From a virus (taxonomy: Duplodnaviria; Caudoviricetes), in IMG/VR virus record IMGVR_UViG_3300021400_000063: a DNA stretch of 64,000 nucleotides; one strand, 5' to 3'. Below the pieces are notes generated by a model. The model had not been told where the DNA came from. It made no database searches and saw only the letters and a list, made by a program, of their open reading frames with translations. The position numbers and the translations under genes were made by a program. Below, piece after piece: positions 39,601 through 49,353 of this stretch; the first letter of the stretch is position 1, and every line of letters starts with the position of its first letter.

Positions 39601-41756
39601 GTAATATAAAGTGGTACATCTTTATTTACAGAAAGAGAACGTACAGCATTAATAATATCAGGTTGATAATTATTTTTAACGTAAGATTTTTGGAAATCCA
39701 TAGCATTAAGTTTTGTTACATTTGGATCCTTTGTTCTAGGTTTCTTTGAACCGAAATCAACAGAAGATTCAATGTTTATTTTCTTAGCATTTCCAATAAT
39801 ATCTGTAACAGCTTTTCCATCAATCTTAAGAGATTTATATTTATCTTTTAAGATTTCTATACGTTTTATATCAGCTGCAGAAAGATTAGACATACGTTTA
39901 TTAGGATCGATATAATTTACGTCGACATTCTTAATAGTTTTAGCTTTAAGAATTTCAACATCATCATCTTCATATTCTTCAACTACTTCATCATCAGGTT
40001 CATTGAATTCATATTCCATCAAATCGATGTCATCTTCAAAATCATTATCAGAAGCAATTTCATTTGAATTTCCAACTCCTACTGGATCATTTTCCAATTC
40101 ATCCAAAGCTTCTTCAACAACATTATCAGATTCTAACTGTTCTTCTTCTTCATTTATTTCTTCTTCATCATCATATTCATCACCATTGAGTTCTTCTTCA
40201 TCGAATTCGTCAACAGCATCAAACATATCATTTATATCTGAATCAGATAATTCTGTAGTTCCTTCTTCATCAACTTCAGGTTCTTTACTAGCAGAACTAG
40301 GTTTACCAAATACATTAGTAAGTTTTGTTAATTCAGCCATAGCTGTTTTGCTCTCTGCAACATTTTCAGGAGTAATAATGAGATGAGATTTATTTTCAGG
40401 AACTTCTTCAGAAGGTTTATCAGATGCTACTATTTCATCAGACGTTTTACTCTTAATGAGAGTTCTAATAGCAAGATCAGAATCTAATACAGATTTTACA
40501 TCTTCTTTCAATCCTGATTTTAATACATCTTTAGTATCTGAAGTAATAGATGAAGTAAGTTGAGAAAATTCCTTTTCTATATCTGCGTCATCCAATTTAT
40601 CAAGATCGGATTCTGTTACAACACCAGTATTACACATAGTAATAAGATTCAAACGTAACACTAACATAGCGTAAAAACGCATAGGATTATATTTGAGTCC
40701 ATTTTTAATTTCATTAAAATTCAAACAGAATCCTAAACCAGTATTACCATAAATATGGAATGTAACATTATGTTTACATATTTCAACAATGTATTCAGAT
40801 GTAGAAGAATTTAAAGGTTCGCCATAATAATAACAATATGCTTCATAAATAAATTGGATAAATGTAATTTGATAGATTAATGAAGGGTCTAATTTCACAT
40901 TACGTGGTAATGGAACTTTCTGAAACATAAATGCTTTAGTAAGATATTTCTTAGTAGTAAGTTTATAATTAAATGAAACAATAAATTTATCAAATCCATA
41001 AGCACTTAAACCTAAACCCTGTCCACCCATAGCAAAAGTTTTTGTTTCTTTTGTAAGATGCTCATTAAATGCTTCATCTGACATTTCCATTTCAGCTTTA
41101 AGATCTTCAAATTCATTATTTGACATTTCTACGAATGGTTCTTTTAATTTATCATCAGGATTATCAATATAACTGAATCCTGAAGGAATTGTTTTAGTTT
41201 CAAAGTCAGGTCTATCTCCTAAATCTTCCTCAGATTCTTCAATATCATTTTTCTTATCATGTTTAGGATTACTAAAAAGAATATAACAAATAAGTTCAGG
41301 ATAAATATTCTGAAGATAATTAATTACACTAGGTTTCATCATTATAGTTCTATCTTCTGGAACTAATAATTTAAAAATATCAGTATAATCTATTACCAAA
41401 TTCTTTCTATTAAATATACGATTTCCTATACGTCCACTAAGTTGTAATCTTGATTTAACAAACCGTTCACGTTCTTTAGAATCGATATATTCTCTAACAA
41501 CTGGTTTCGGATAAAGAACAGATCTCCAAATATAACGTTTAAGAAAGAAATAATTAAAGAATGATTTCTTTATTCCAACTGGTCCTAAAAGAGTAGTTAA
41601 AGCTTTAACAATATCTTCTTTATCGTCAACAATTGGAAGGAATAAAATGTTATCACGTTTCTTAGTATAAGTAGACATCGGCTTAAATGTACCCGATTGT
41701 GTTTTAGGTCTCATTAATCTAAACGATTTCGCTGTGTCTGTAAGTATATCATTCAT
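36693..41756 (-). CDS. Phage multisubunit RNA polymerase beta-like subunit (phiKZ/AR9-type, lacking the extreme C-terminal region)
   Basis: beta motifs TFKGPGG, STPDNSNAGIVKEL, PFVNTKDDPSRIAF, YTEDDA, GDKIALNSSLK...P.TESG.KLDGIFS...ARM; ~600 aa N-terminal extension with acidic linker. Confidence 0.85.
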   Translation of the reverse strand: MNDILTDTAKSFRLMRPKTQSGTFKPMSTYTKKRDNILFLPIVDDKEDIVKALTTLLGPVGIKKSFFNYFFLKRYIWRSVLYPKPVVREYIDSKERERFVKSRLQLSGRIGNRIFNRKNLVIDYTDIFKLLVPEDRTIMMKPSVINYLQNIYPELICYILFSNPKHDKKNDIEESEEDLGDRPDFETKTIPSGFSYIDNPDDKLKEPFVEMSNNEFEDLKAEMEMSDEAFNEHLTKETKTFAMGGQGLGLSAYGFDKFIVSFNYKLTTKKYLTKAFMFQKVPLPRNVKLDPSLIYQITFIQFIYEAYCYYYGEPLNSSTSEYIVEICKHNVTFHIYGNTGLGFCLNFNEIKNGLKYNPMRFYAMLVLRLNLITMCNTGVVTESDLDKLDDADIEKEFSQLTSSITSDTKDVLKSGLKEDVKSVLDSDLAIRTLIKSKTSDEIVASDKPSEEVPENKSHLIITPENVAESKTAMAELTKLTNVFGKPSSASKEPEVDEEGTTELSDSDINDMFDAVDEFDEEELNGDEYDDEEEINEEEEQLESDNVVEEALDELENDPVGVGNSNEIASDNDFEDDIDLMEYEFNEPDDEVVEEYEDDDVEILKAKTIKNVDVNYIDPNKRMSNLSAADIKRIEILKDKYKSLKIDGKAVTDIIGNAKKINIESSVDFGSKKPRTKDPNVTKLNAMDFQKSYVKNNYQPDIINAVRSLSVNKDVPLYITNIKVDDTSDQFNDRLTYHFTLEDQFKKKHELKFNVPKLDENGFMKIQGRTKYLKNQLIRKPVVKIGSDKVYITTQLNSYQVMRNGYTLNKVSEVVRRLVTEYFVDNPNIRIERGDCSKNNVDYITTIEYDILADKYFYFNINDGSEYGEHVIVYFDQSVIREKIKEHNINTGFKDNVLPPYILPIAINYTTKSLYSIDVRKDGSVSSTIIMILQNTLNDSGISEFIEKVKVPKRRICSMIEIQSKKVPLISLLGYLFGWDRVISYFPENEIEFSEKRKVNTNKLCVRFANGFLYYNQYPINGTILLNGLTQMSTEQYNYEDLNNPGLYIDFTQEKYGTRNIVKGWVTARESMLDMKTLQILEELGLPTDLCELFLYCNDLLVDNQVKSESDITNYRIRSNEIISQCLYQVLNDQYTTFKKRSGKKVTMTIPIDSVMSKVYSTEILENYDCLNPVAEIRNMGLTTFKGPGGTKMEQAFTTKKRAYDPSYFGTFGVSTPDNSNAGIVKELTLNPKISNTLGFIEPQDKNNFSLNDIGTIAEALTPFVNTKDDPSRIAFVSGQNNHVGGLLGSSLPCVRTGVERTIQYQCGENFVKCAKQDGTITQVDEVGKKVYITYKDGSKEVLDFNNMLLKNSDAFNEAVYNCFVKEGAKVKAGDVIVADKRFFKVDPITGELIYTQTANAMVAIMEGAYTEDDADLITQEFSEKLTMNFTKCKQISITNANEATIIDYKKVGDHVMLGDPIFVFDDTGALNDSTSDDAEEDILNDLFQGIDSNVLAGMIHKTPKANLTGVIKDMKVYWTCPIDKMSPTVAKFVNEYIKTHKREIIDEEKFTGKTSEKRKTIEVTTVNKDKTDPRINGALVGLEGIVIEYYIGHEDQMGTGDKIALNSSLKTINSTVVPKGKEPYTESGNKLDGIFSWISINARMIESIWYQFLGTILYKFTKKTARDFLKEIGEDIPESKRKVKINK

Positions 41757-41851
41757 AGGAATACTCCTTTTTAATACTTTAGGTATATTAGTTTGTCGAC
41801 TATCATAAAAATAAAAAAAGAAAGGTGGGTAGTTATCTCACAATTTCTTTT

Positions 41852-42202
41852 TTAGATCCGAGATTTCAGAGCTTCAAAAATATATTTATATTTCTGATAC
41901 TCATTTCCATACATTTCAGTTTGAATTTGTATCTCAGTTTTAGCAACTTCGTTAATCTTTGTCATAAGATTAACAATGGCCTCATAAACATCCAATCTTA
42001 TCGAATAGATGTTTTCTAAATCCGACATATTACAATCGATTTTGCCATCTTTAACCATCTTGATAACATCTTCAACATTATCGAGATGGCTCTGTATTCC
42101 TTCTACAAGACCATTCATCAAATTTTGTGATGTCTTGACCCAGTTTGTATTGGAATCAGCTAAACTCTTAACTCCACCAAATACATTATTTACGTCTGCC
42201 AT
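41852..42202 (-). CDS. Hypothetical helical protein
   Basis: gaggaggtaag RBS and TATATTAT motif upstream. Confidence 0.65.
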   Translation of the reverse strand: MADVNNVFGGVKSLADSNTNWVKTSQNLMNGLVEGIQSHLDNVEDVIKMVKDGKIDCNMSDLENIYSIRLDVYEAIVNLMTKINEVAKTEIQIQTEMYGNEYQKYKYIFEALKSRI

Positions 42203-42306
42203 ATTTCTTACCTCCTCATATAGCTATTACTATAATATACAAAAATAAACAATTTGTTTACAAAATAATAATTAGGAGGGAACTAAATCCCTCCTAATTT
42301 AATCAA

Positions 42307-43107
42307 TTAAACACCTAAATGTTCTGCTCTAATAAATCTATGAGTCATTTTGAAATTGGAATTGTTTAATGGTTTGAAATCAGATACACATTTATTAAAT
42401 GGTATCCAAACATCATTACCAGATAAACCTTTTCCATACTCATAAGTTTTACCATAAGGATCATCGACTATCAGATAAGAAGGTTCCTGACATTTTCCTG
42501 GTTCGTTCTGATCTTCTAAATGATCATAAGCTACACCAACTACAAGAACCATATGATTCAAATTACTAAATAATCCTGATACACCTACAGGTGTTCCATT
42601 GTAGATAATATCTTCAATAATATTTTCCCAAGGAGTATGCATACTAAAATAAGTAACAGCTCCAATATCTAAGAATTTATTAGCAGACCAATTTAATAAA
42701 TTGTGTAATTCATTAGGACATACCGCATCTTTATCATTACCTGCTTTAAATATTTTATAATAATTAGGAAAACGTTTTTTGAAATATTTATCCATTTCTG
42801 GATCTTCAAAAATATATTTAGCTAATTTATCTGGTAATCTTGTTAATTCTGGATATTTAGCATTATATTCTGCTGATAAACGTTTTTCATATCCAGAATA
42901 AATCAATCCCATAGCCATCATGTGTACATTACAGAATGTATAAGCATTACTCTTAATATTTTTATTTATGAAACTATATTTCGATTTCAGCTGAGAATAA
43001 TTATCAAATCCGTCTGAAACATTGTAAACCCAATAATTTTTACCATTTGCCAATTCAACTAGTTTTGGCAACTTATAAGGTTCGATATCTAAGACGTTAT
43101 TGTTCAT
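42307..43107 (-). CDS. Peptidase C39-like protein, candidate endolysin
   Basis: YSQ...FCNVHMMAM (catalytic Cys), HMVLVVG (His), IVDDPYG (Asp). Confidence 0.7.
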   Translation of the reverse strand: MNNNVLDIEPYKLPKLVELANGKNYWVYNVSDGFDNYSQLKSKYSFINKNIKSNAYTFCNVHMMAMGLIYSGYEKRLSAEYNAKYPELTRLPDKLAKYIFEDPEMDKYFKKRFPNYYKIFKAGNDKDAVCPNELHNLLNWSANKFLDIGAVTYFSMHTPWENIIEDIIYNGTPVGVSGLFSNLNHMVLVVGVAYDHLEDQNEPGKCQEPSYLIVDDPYGKTYEYGKGLSGNDVWIPFNKCVSDFKPLNNSNFKMTHRFIRAEHLGV

Positions 43108-43970
43108 AAATCGCCTCCCGAACTTTGTTGTTCTTCTGTTGAATTACTATCATCCAACTCAGGATTCAATTTCTTAAGAACTTTTATAGCTGCATCAGAT
43201 ACATGATCTATAGCATCACTAGTTTCTTTTTCATTAGACTCACCAAGATTTACTTCAATTTCAACTGGATTAGCTATATTAGCATTTACAACTTCATCAT
43301 TTGTATTTGTTGAAAAAGGTTGTAAAACTGATGGAGCACGATCTGCTAAAATGAGAATTATGAGAGTTGATATTACACCTGTATAAGATAAAGCTACTTC
43401 AAATTCTATCTTTTCAGATCCTATAATGATAGTATATATCGACGCCAAAATTGCGATTGCGCACCAGATTAAGAAAATAAATTTTATTCGAGTTCGTTTG
43501 ATAAGTGGTAATTCAATACACATTCCTTTAGGAACTTTAAGAGTCTTAAATGATGATATCAAACCTTCTGCACCAGCATACAAAGCTGTACAGAAAATAT
43601 TGCCCATTACTAAAATATCAAAAGGAATATTTCGATAATGCTCGATAAAATTTATAAAAAATATCGAATCTAGAACAGGTTTTAATTCATCTAGATTTAA
43701 TTTACCATATTCATTTAAACTTATAATCATAGCTGAAATAAATTCAATATTCATATCAACTATAATCATTCCGAATATAATTAAAACTCCACCTAAAGCA
43801 AATCTAGATAATCCATGAGTTTTTGTATTTACAGGTTTATCCACTTTTTTGAAAAATAAAAATGTGATAATTAAATACGCTATGAAAATAGGTATAGTTA
43901 ATAAAAAACATACAAAAATATCTATAAATGCTATATTTGTAATTTGAGATGTTACTATATTAATTTCCAT
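43104..43970 (-). CDS. Multi-pass membrane protein, candidate holin
   Basis: About five hydrophobic segments and an acidic C-tail; 4-nt (ATGA) overlap with the C39 peptidase gene. Confidence 0.5.
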   Translation of the reverse strand: MEINIVTSQITNIAFIDIFVCFLLTIPIFIAYLIITFLFFKKVDKPVNTKTHGLSRFALGGVLIIFGMIIVDMNIEFISAMIISLNEYGKLNLDELKPVLDSIFFINFIEHYRNIPFDILVMGNIFCTALYAGAEGLISSFKTLKVPKGMCIELPLIKRTRIKFIFLIWCAIAILASIYTIIIGSEKIEFEVALSYTGVISTLIILILADRAPSVLQPFSTNTNDEVVNANIANPVEIEVNLGESNEKETSDAIDHVSDAAIKVLKKLNPELDDSNSTEEQQSSGGDL

Positions 43971-45117
43971 AGTTCAAAACCTCTTTAAGATAAGAATAAG
44001 TTAATTCTTTCTTTATTGTAGCTTCATGAATAGGATTCATACTTCTAAACATATCTTTAACATGAATTTGTCCACCTGGTTCTTTTATAGATGTATATGA
44101 TTTGATATAAAAAGTTTGAATAAAAATATTTGTATACGCTAATAAAATAGCAAATAATAATTCAAACTCGGTTTCAGGTGTAACATTCTCTCTTATTAAA
44201 TATCGTAAGTTAATCGCATTTTCACAATATGAAACTATTGTTTTAGTAGTACTAACTGTTGTAGGATCGAATTCACCAATATCGAACATAGGATGAATAA
44301 TATTTAATGTATATTTCTTACGAAGTTCTTCATCAATAAATAAACTTAAAACTTTATTAGAAAAATAATCTGAAAGACTAAACATATCTGATAATTTTTT
44401 AACATTTTTAAGGTTATCTATAGTTTTTGTATATGATTTGAAAATTGGACTAATATCTCCGATTAAATCTTTTACAGAAAAATAAAGAGCTAAAATTGTA
44501 AATACACGATCGATACTATTATAAACAATGTGCATATTACGGAAATTAACATTATCTTTATCAGATACTGTAGCTTCAATTAATGTATGTAATGGATATT
44601 TTGAAAGAATTCTTATATTTTCAACACATAGATGCAATTCTTCCATTACATAATTATCTAATTTTTCAGCTAAAATAAGTTTCTTAGAATCTTCATCTTC
44701 ACCATCTTCAATAAGATCCAAAACGTTATAATCTTCACTTGTAAAAGGTTCGATCAATTTAAAGAATTTTGCTGTATTTGGGGTTAATAATGAGCTCATA
44801 AAATCATAATAACCTACAACATTTAGCTTAACAACCGAATCTACATCAGTATAAATGTCTTTTATACTTCTGTTTGTATCGTATAAAAATAATTTCTTAA
44901 ATTCCTCTTTGTATAAAGTATCAACCCTTTCTTTATACAGATCTTCAATTCGTTTAGAATTGTAATAGAAAAATCCTCGAGCAATCAACGAACGTGTTAG
45001 ATATTTTTTATAATCTTCCTCACCATATCTAACAGGATTAGAGTTTTTATACTCATTATAGTAGGCGGATGCTGAAGGCTTAACATTATTTCGTTCTAGA
45101 TATTCGTCTTCATACAT
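43960..45117 (-). CDS. Hypothetical protein
   Basis: 385 aa; gaggtg RBS; GACA-N6-TA at 45145-45156. Confidence 0.55.
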   Translation of the reverse strand: MYEDEYLERNNVKPSASAYYNEYKNSNPVRYGEEDYKKYLTRSLIARGFFYYNSKRIEDLYKERVDTLYKEEFKKLFLYDTNRSIKDIYTDVDSVVKLNVVGYYDFMSSLLTPNTAKFFKLIEPFTSEDYNVLDLIEDGEDEDSKKLILAEKLDNYVMEELHLCVENIRILSKYPLHTLIEATVSDKDNVNFRNMHIVYNSIDRVFTILALYFSVKDLIGDISPIFKSYTKTIDNLKNVKKLSDMFSLSDYFSNKVLSLFIDEELRKKYTLNIIHPMFDIGEFDPTTVSTTKTIVSYCENAINLRYLIRENVTPETEFELLFAILLAYTNIFIQTFYIKSYTSIKEPGGQIHVKDMFRSMNPIHEATIKKELTYSYLKEVLNYGN

Positions 45118-45204
45118 AATATCACCTCTGGTAATAAAATATTATATAGAAATGTCGAGAAAGAATATGTGTAGTAGGAATAAACCTACTACACATACGA
45201 ATTT

Positions 45205-46020
45205 TTATTTAAAAGCTTTTAAATTAGCTTTAAGAATATTTGTATTTTTATTCTTAATCTTTTCAAGTTTTCTAGTTTGCAAAGTATTCTTAAATACATG
45301 AGTTAACGGATTATCCAATATCGATGCTTTTTGAATATATCGTTTATCATTATTTGAAGATGATTTGTTTTTCATTCTTTCTTTTTTATTAGCATCTCTA
45401 ACCATTTCCTGCATAGCTTTAATTTCTTTTAATTTTTCTGGCTGAGTTTCTATTAATCTTAAATAATAATTTTCATTATTTTTAGAAACTAAAGTTTGCA
45501 AAGTTTCTTTATTAAGATATCCATTATGATAAAGATGAAAGAATGCAACCCATGTTGTTTTTTCAACGGTCATAACTTCATATCTATTTCTAATCTCTGG
45601 TGGTCTAGTACAAGCAATATTTGATAAATATCTAGATGGTAAACATTTAGGAAATCCAAATCTATGTTTAATTACATAATCAAATGAGAACACAAATGAA
45701 GGAGAATTTGAATAAATATAGATATTATAAGGTTTCAGATCAGCTGAAGCTTTTGCCGATGACTTGCTACTGTTAGGTGGATCGAATTCTATAATAACAT
45801 CATAATCTATTTCTGTAGGATATTTATCATTACTTTCAGAAGGCACTTTAAAGAAAAACATGTATCTATCTGTATATTTATTGTATACACAAGCTACCTT
45901 TATTTTACTAGAATAATATTCATAGTAATGCTTTTTATAATTTTCCAAAATAGGTTTTAAATTAAAAACAGCATTACCTTTCATAGGATTTATAAAATCA
46001 TCAACGTTCAATATGTTCAT
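45205..46020 (-). CDS. Hypothetical protein
   Basis: 271 aa; gagga RBS; GACT-N6-TA at 46037-46048. Confidence 0.55.
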   Translation of the reverse strand: MNILNVDDFINPMKGNAVFNLKPILENYKKHYYEYYSSKIKVACVYNKYTDRYMFFFKVPSESNDKYPTEIDYDVIIEFDPPNSSKSSAKASADLKPYNIYIYSNSPSFVFSFDYVIKHRFGFPKCLPSRYLSNIACTRPPEIRNRYEVMTVEKTTWVAFFHLYHNGYLNKETLQTLVSKNNENYYLRLIETQPEKLKEIKAMQEMVRDANKKERMKNKSSSNNDKRYIQKASILDNPLTHVFKNTLQTRKLEKIKNKNTNILKANLKAFK

Positions 46021-46107
46021 AAATATATCCTCTTTATATTATAAAGTCCATAATAAAAAGAAAAAAAAGAGAAGAAGATATAAAATCAATCTTCTTCTCT
46101 GTTACCA

Positions 46108-46392
46108 TTATTTATATGGTAAATCTGGAACTTCTTCATCATTTTGATTGATGTAATAATTATACAAATTATTACTAATGTTATTTACAGTTTCGATCCC
46201 TTTTTGCAAACTTGTTATAAAGTTAACATTTTTGGTTTTTGCCAATTCATTGTTACTGATATACATTTCTTTCAAATTGTTAACAAATTTGTCAAAAGTT
46301 TCAGGTTTATTTTGAGCCCATTGCAGTTCTTCATTTTCGAACTTAACATCGATGGAAGTTTTTCCATTAGTTTCAGACATTTGTATTTTCAT
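46108..46392 (-). CDS. Hypothetical protein
   Basis: aaggag RBS, TATATTAT motif upstream and its own terminator. Confidence 0.55.
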   Translation of the reverse strand: MKIQMSETNGKTSIDVKFENEELQWAQNKPETFDKFVNNLKEMYISNNELAKTKNVNFITSLQKGIETVNNISNNLYNYYINQNDEEVPDLPYK

Positions 46393-46523
46393 ACAAAATT
46401 TCTCCTTAATAAAATTATAATATTAAGAACTCATACGAATTCTTTACATTATAATAATATATAAAAGAAAAAAAAGAGGAGCACATCCGTGTGCTCCTCT
46501 TTATTGTTTCAGAATTTTAACAA

Positions 46524-47828
46524 TTATTCTTCAACTACACGAAGATCTGTGAACATACACTGATCAATGATTTCAACATCATTATCAAACTGTGCCCACT
46601 TATTGTCTTCTCTAGGCGCACCAAGCATAGTGCACAAGATTTCAACATCACCTTCGTCCTGGAAAATTGTTTCAAACTTAGGCATTGTCATACCATAATT
46701 GAACTCTTCCTTCTTGATGGTTGTTTTTACACCATCTGTAATAAAGATCTTTCCGAAAGCTTTGTAGTCGCGTAGATTGATATCACAGATGTAACGAACC
46801 AGCTTAAAGTTGTTGTCTTCTTTCAACATTTCCCAGATGATACAAGCAAATCTTTTTCCAAAGTTGATATCATGATGACTGATCGGATCGAATTTTACAC
46901 CCTTTCCAAAAAGATTCATTTTACAAACATTGAGATTTGCTTTGTTTACGTATGAAATGTCCTTCTGTTTGAAGTCCATTGTTTCGTTTGCATACAGACC
47001 TGCAGAAAGTGTTTCTCTTGCAGATTTATTTGCATTTTTAGACTTGCTGTATGTGAGAGACTGGAATCCCTTAAAGCATACATAGCCTTCGCCCTGTTTT
47101 GAACTGTCAACGATAAGATCTGCATAGTTTCCAATTCTTACAAGGAATTCTACAGAATCGTCAGTGATAGTTTTGTTTAACAAAGCAGTTGTGTTCCGCA
47201 TTTCCTTAACAACTTCATTGATGTTAGCATGGAATGGAACATGAACGCTGATTACATTGTAGAATTTTTCAGTTTCAACATACGATGGTGTTTTAACTTC
47301 TCTTACAACGATATCAGGATCATTGAGTTTGTTCAAAGCAGCTTTCACATATGAAATACATTTGTTTTGTTCATTGATGAAATCTACTTCAGTGTTCTTC
47401 ATTACAAATCCGAAACGGAATTTTTTCATGAGAACAGTTGATACGAATCCGTTAGGATCAAGTCCCAACTGGAAACCTTCTTTTCTAAATCTGTAGAAAT
47501 GAGCTTTAAGATTCTCATTTCCTTCTTCTGGAACTTCAGCAGTTTTAGCATCATCCATGATGTTAAGTTCTTCTGAAGCGTCAGCAGCTGCATCCTCATC
47601 AGCTTCTACAGATTCCTCTTCTTTTGCCTCGACAACCTTACCCCCGTTGTCTTCAGAAGTTGTTTCTTCAGCAACAGTTTCTGTTGATTTCTTAGAAGAC
47701 TTTTTAGTCTTCTTAGGTTTTTCTTCAACAGTCTCTGCGACTTCCTGTGTAACTTCTGTTGATGCTTCTACTGCAACATCTGCAGCCTGTTCAACAACTT
47801 CATTTTCAGTTGTTTCATCATTTGCCAT
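46524..47828 (-). CDS. Hypothetical protein with acidic disordered N-terminus, probably highly expressed
   Basis: aaggagg RBS; many C-ending codons (AAC/TTC/ATC) relative to neighbouring genes. Confidence 0.6.
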   Translation of the reverse strand: MANDETTENEVVEQAADVAVEASTEVTQEVAETVEEKPKKTKKSSKKSTETVAEETTSEDNGGKVVEAKEEESVEADEDAAADASEELNIMDDAKTAEVPEEGNENLKAHFYRFRKEGFQLGLDPNGFVSTVLMKKFRFGFVMKNTEVDFINEQNKCISYVKAALNKLNDPDIVVREVKTPSYVETEKFYNVISVHVPFHANINEVVKEMRNTTALLNKTITDDSVEFLVRIGNYADLIVDSSKQGEGYVCFKGFQSLTYSKSKNANKSARETLSAGLYANETMDFKQKDISYVNKANLNVCKMNLFGKGVKFDPISHHDINFGKRFACIIWEMLKEDNNFKLVRYICDINLRDYKAFGKIFITDGVKTTIKKEEFNYGMTMPKFETIFQDEGDVEILCTMLGAPREDNKWAQFDNDVEIIDQCMFTDLRVVEE

Positions 47829-47925
47829 AGGTGGCCTCCTTAAATTGTGCTTGAGTTTATCAATCTAATATAAACATTAAATTGTTTTACTCATTATAAT
47901 AATATATTAAAGAAAAATAAATAAA

Positions 47926-48008
47926 AAAGAATGACTGGATTCGAACCAGTGACCTTTCCAAGGCCCTTTCGGGCCATAGGAACGCTCTACCAACTGAGCT
48001 ACATTCTC
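47926..48008 (-). ncRNA. tRNA-like RNA with the anticodon loop replaced by a GAAA-capped extended hairpin (copy A)
   Basis: GAGAAUG-UA-GCUC-AGUUGGUA-GAGC-G-UUCCUAU-GGCCC-GAAA-GGGCC-UUGGAA-AGGUC-ACUGG-UUCGAAU-CCAGU-CAUUCUU. Confidence 0.85.
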
Positions 48009-48061
48009 AGAAATAAAATATATAAATAAAATTCCTGGCTATATTAGCCAGGAATCTTTTA

Positions 48062-49339
48062 TTATTTCAAATCATCAGGATCGAAAACACCTTCAAGAGA
48101 TTTATATTCATCTTTAGAGTACAAATCGTAATCTGTGATTCCTAAAGCTTCTTCAGAAGTTTCTTTAACTTCCAATTCATCTTTATTATCACCAGTTAAT
48201 ACACCGCCTGCAGAAGCTTCTTCATTGTGTTCTGTTTCAGCTTCAGTAGGTTTAGCATCTTTAACTTCAGAATCTTTTCCAGCATCTTCTTCAGTTGTAG
48301 TTTCATCTTCTACAAGACACTGCATACAAACACCATCTTCACCAGTTTCTTCTAATGAATAAGCAGGATCATCATACCAAGCTTCTGTAGAATTTGTATC
48401 TGTTTCAGTAGGTTTAACTTCAAGGTCATCTTTATTATCAGGAGTTACAACTCCACCAGATGAAGCTTCTTCATTATGAGCAGAATCATCCTGAGGAATA
48501 TTAATATCTGTAACTTCGGAATCTTTTCCAGCATCTTCTTCAACTGTAGTTTCATCTTCAACCAAATCAGTCATAGATACTTCATCAGTTTCATTAGAAA
48601 CTTCTAAATCTTCTGAAGATTTAATAGACGGATCAATGACACCATTACAGAAACGTTTAGCAGATATCTGTCCATTTTCATTTTTAAAAAGAGCCCAAGA
48701 ACCAAATATTCTCAAATCCTTAGATTCATTTTTATTTTTAAGTTGTTTACCAATTGCATAATATGCAACAGATGATAATTTTAAAGCTAACTGTGCTGAT
48801 AAGAATCCTGCTGTTAAACCACCAATTTTAGCAGTACCAAATCCAGCTGTCAAACTACCTGTTTTTCTATATACAGCGTTAGCAGCTCTTCCTGCAACAG
48901 AACCGCCCAATTTACACAATGCTGGGAAAGATACACCAAATACAATTAAGAAAACAACGCATAAAGCAACATATTGTTGTTGTGTAACAACTGTGTCTAT
49001 AGAAATAATATTGACACCGTTAACTTTTCTAACTTTAATATATTTCAAACATTCCTTAATAACAGAATCTTCAACTTTCATAACACCACGCTGTGCTAAT
49101 AACATTTGAAGTATATTTGTAGGAAGTTTTTTAGTGTCAACTGTAAAATTTAAACTTAACTGTTTTTTAGCAGCATACTGTTTTACTTTATCTATCGCTT
49201 TCAAAACTAATGGATTTTTCCATATTTCTTCTTCGCTAGCAACTCTAAATGATCTAATTGATGGTAAACCAAAACCTTCTTGAGAAAGTTCATGATATGT
49301 CAACCCAACAAATGTGTTTTCATTTATATTTCCAGACAT
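48062..49339 (-). CDS. Putative internal head/virion protein with duplicated acidic C-terminal repeat
   Basis: Two ~54 aa repeats (LVEDETT.EEDAGKDSEV...HNEEAS.GGV.T.DNKD.LEVK) and many S-x-E sites; central hydrophobic segments. Confidence 0.45.
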   Translation of the reverse strand: MSGNINENTFVGLTYHELSQEGFGLPSIRSFRVASEEEIWKNPLVLKAIDKVKQYAAKKQLSLNFTVDTKKLPTNILQMLLAQRGVMKVEDSVIKECLKYIKVRKVNGVNIISIDTVVTQQQYVALCVVFLIVFGVSFPALCKLGGSVAGRAANAVYRKTGSLTAGFGTAKIGGLTAGFLSAQLALKLSSVAYYAIGKQLKNKNESKDLRIFGSWALFKNENGQISAKRFCNGVIDPSIKSSEDLEVSNETDEVSMTDLVEDETTVEEDAGKDSEVTDINIPQDDSAHNEEASSGGVVTPDNKDDLEVKPTETDTNSTEAWYDDPAYSLEETGEDGVCMQCLVEDETTTEEDAGKDSEVKDAKPTEAETEHNEEASAGGVLTGDNKDELEVKETSEEALGITDYDLYSKDEYKSLEGVFDPDDLK

Positions 49340-49353
49340 AAAAATTCTCCTTA

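Noticed and set aside
46524-47828. Chimallin or PhuZ identity for the abundant-looking early gene
   Set aside because: No tubulin GGGTG(S/T)G motif and no recognisable chimallin similarity by eye.
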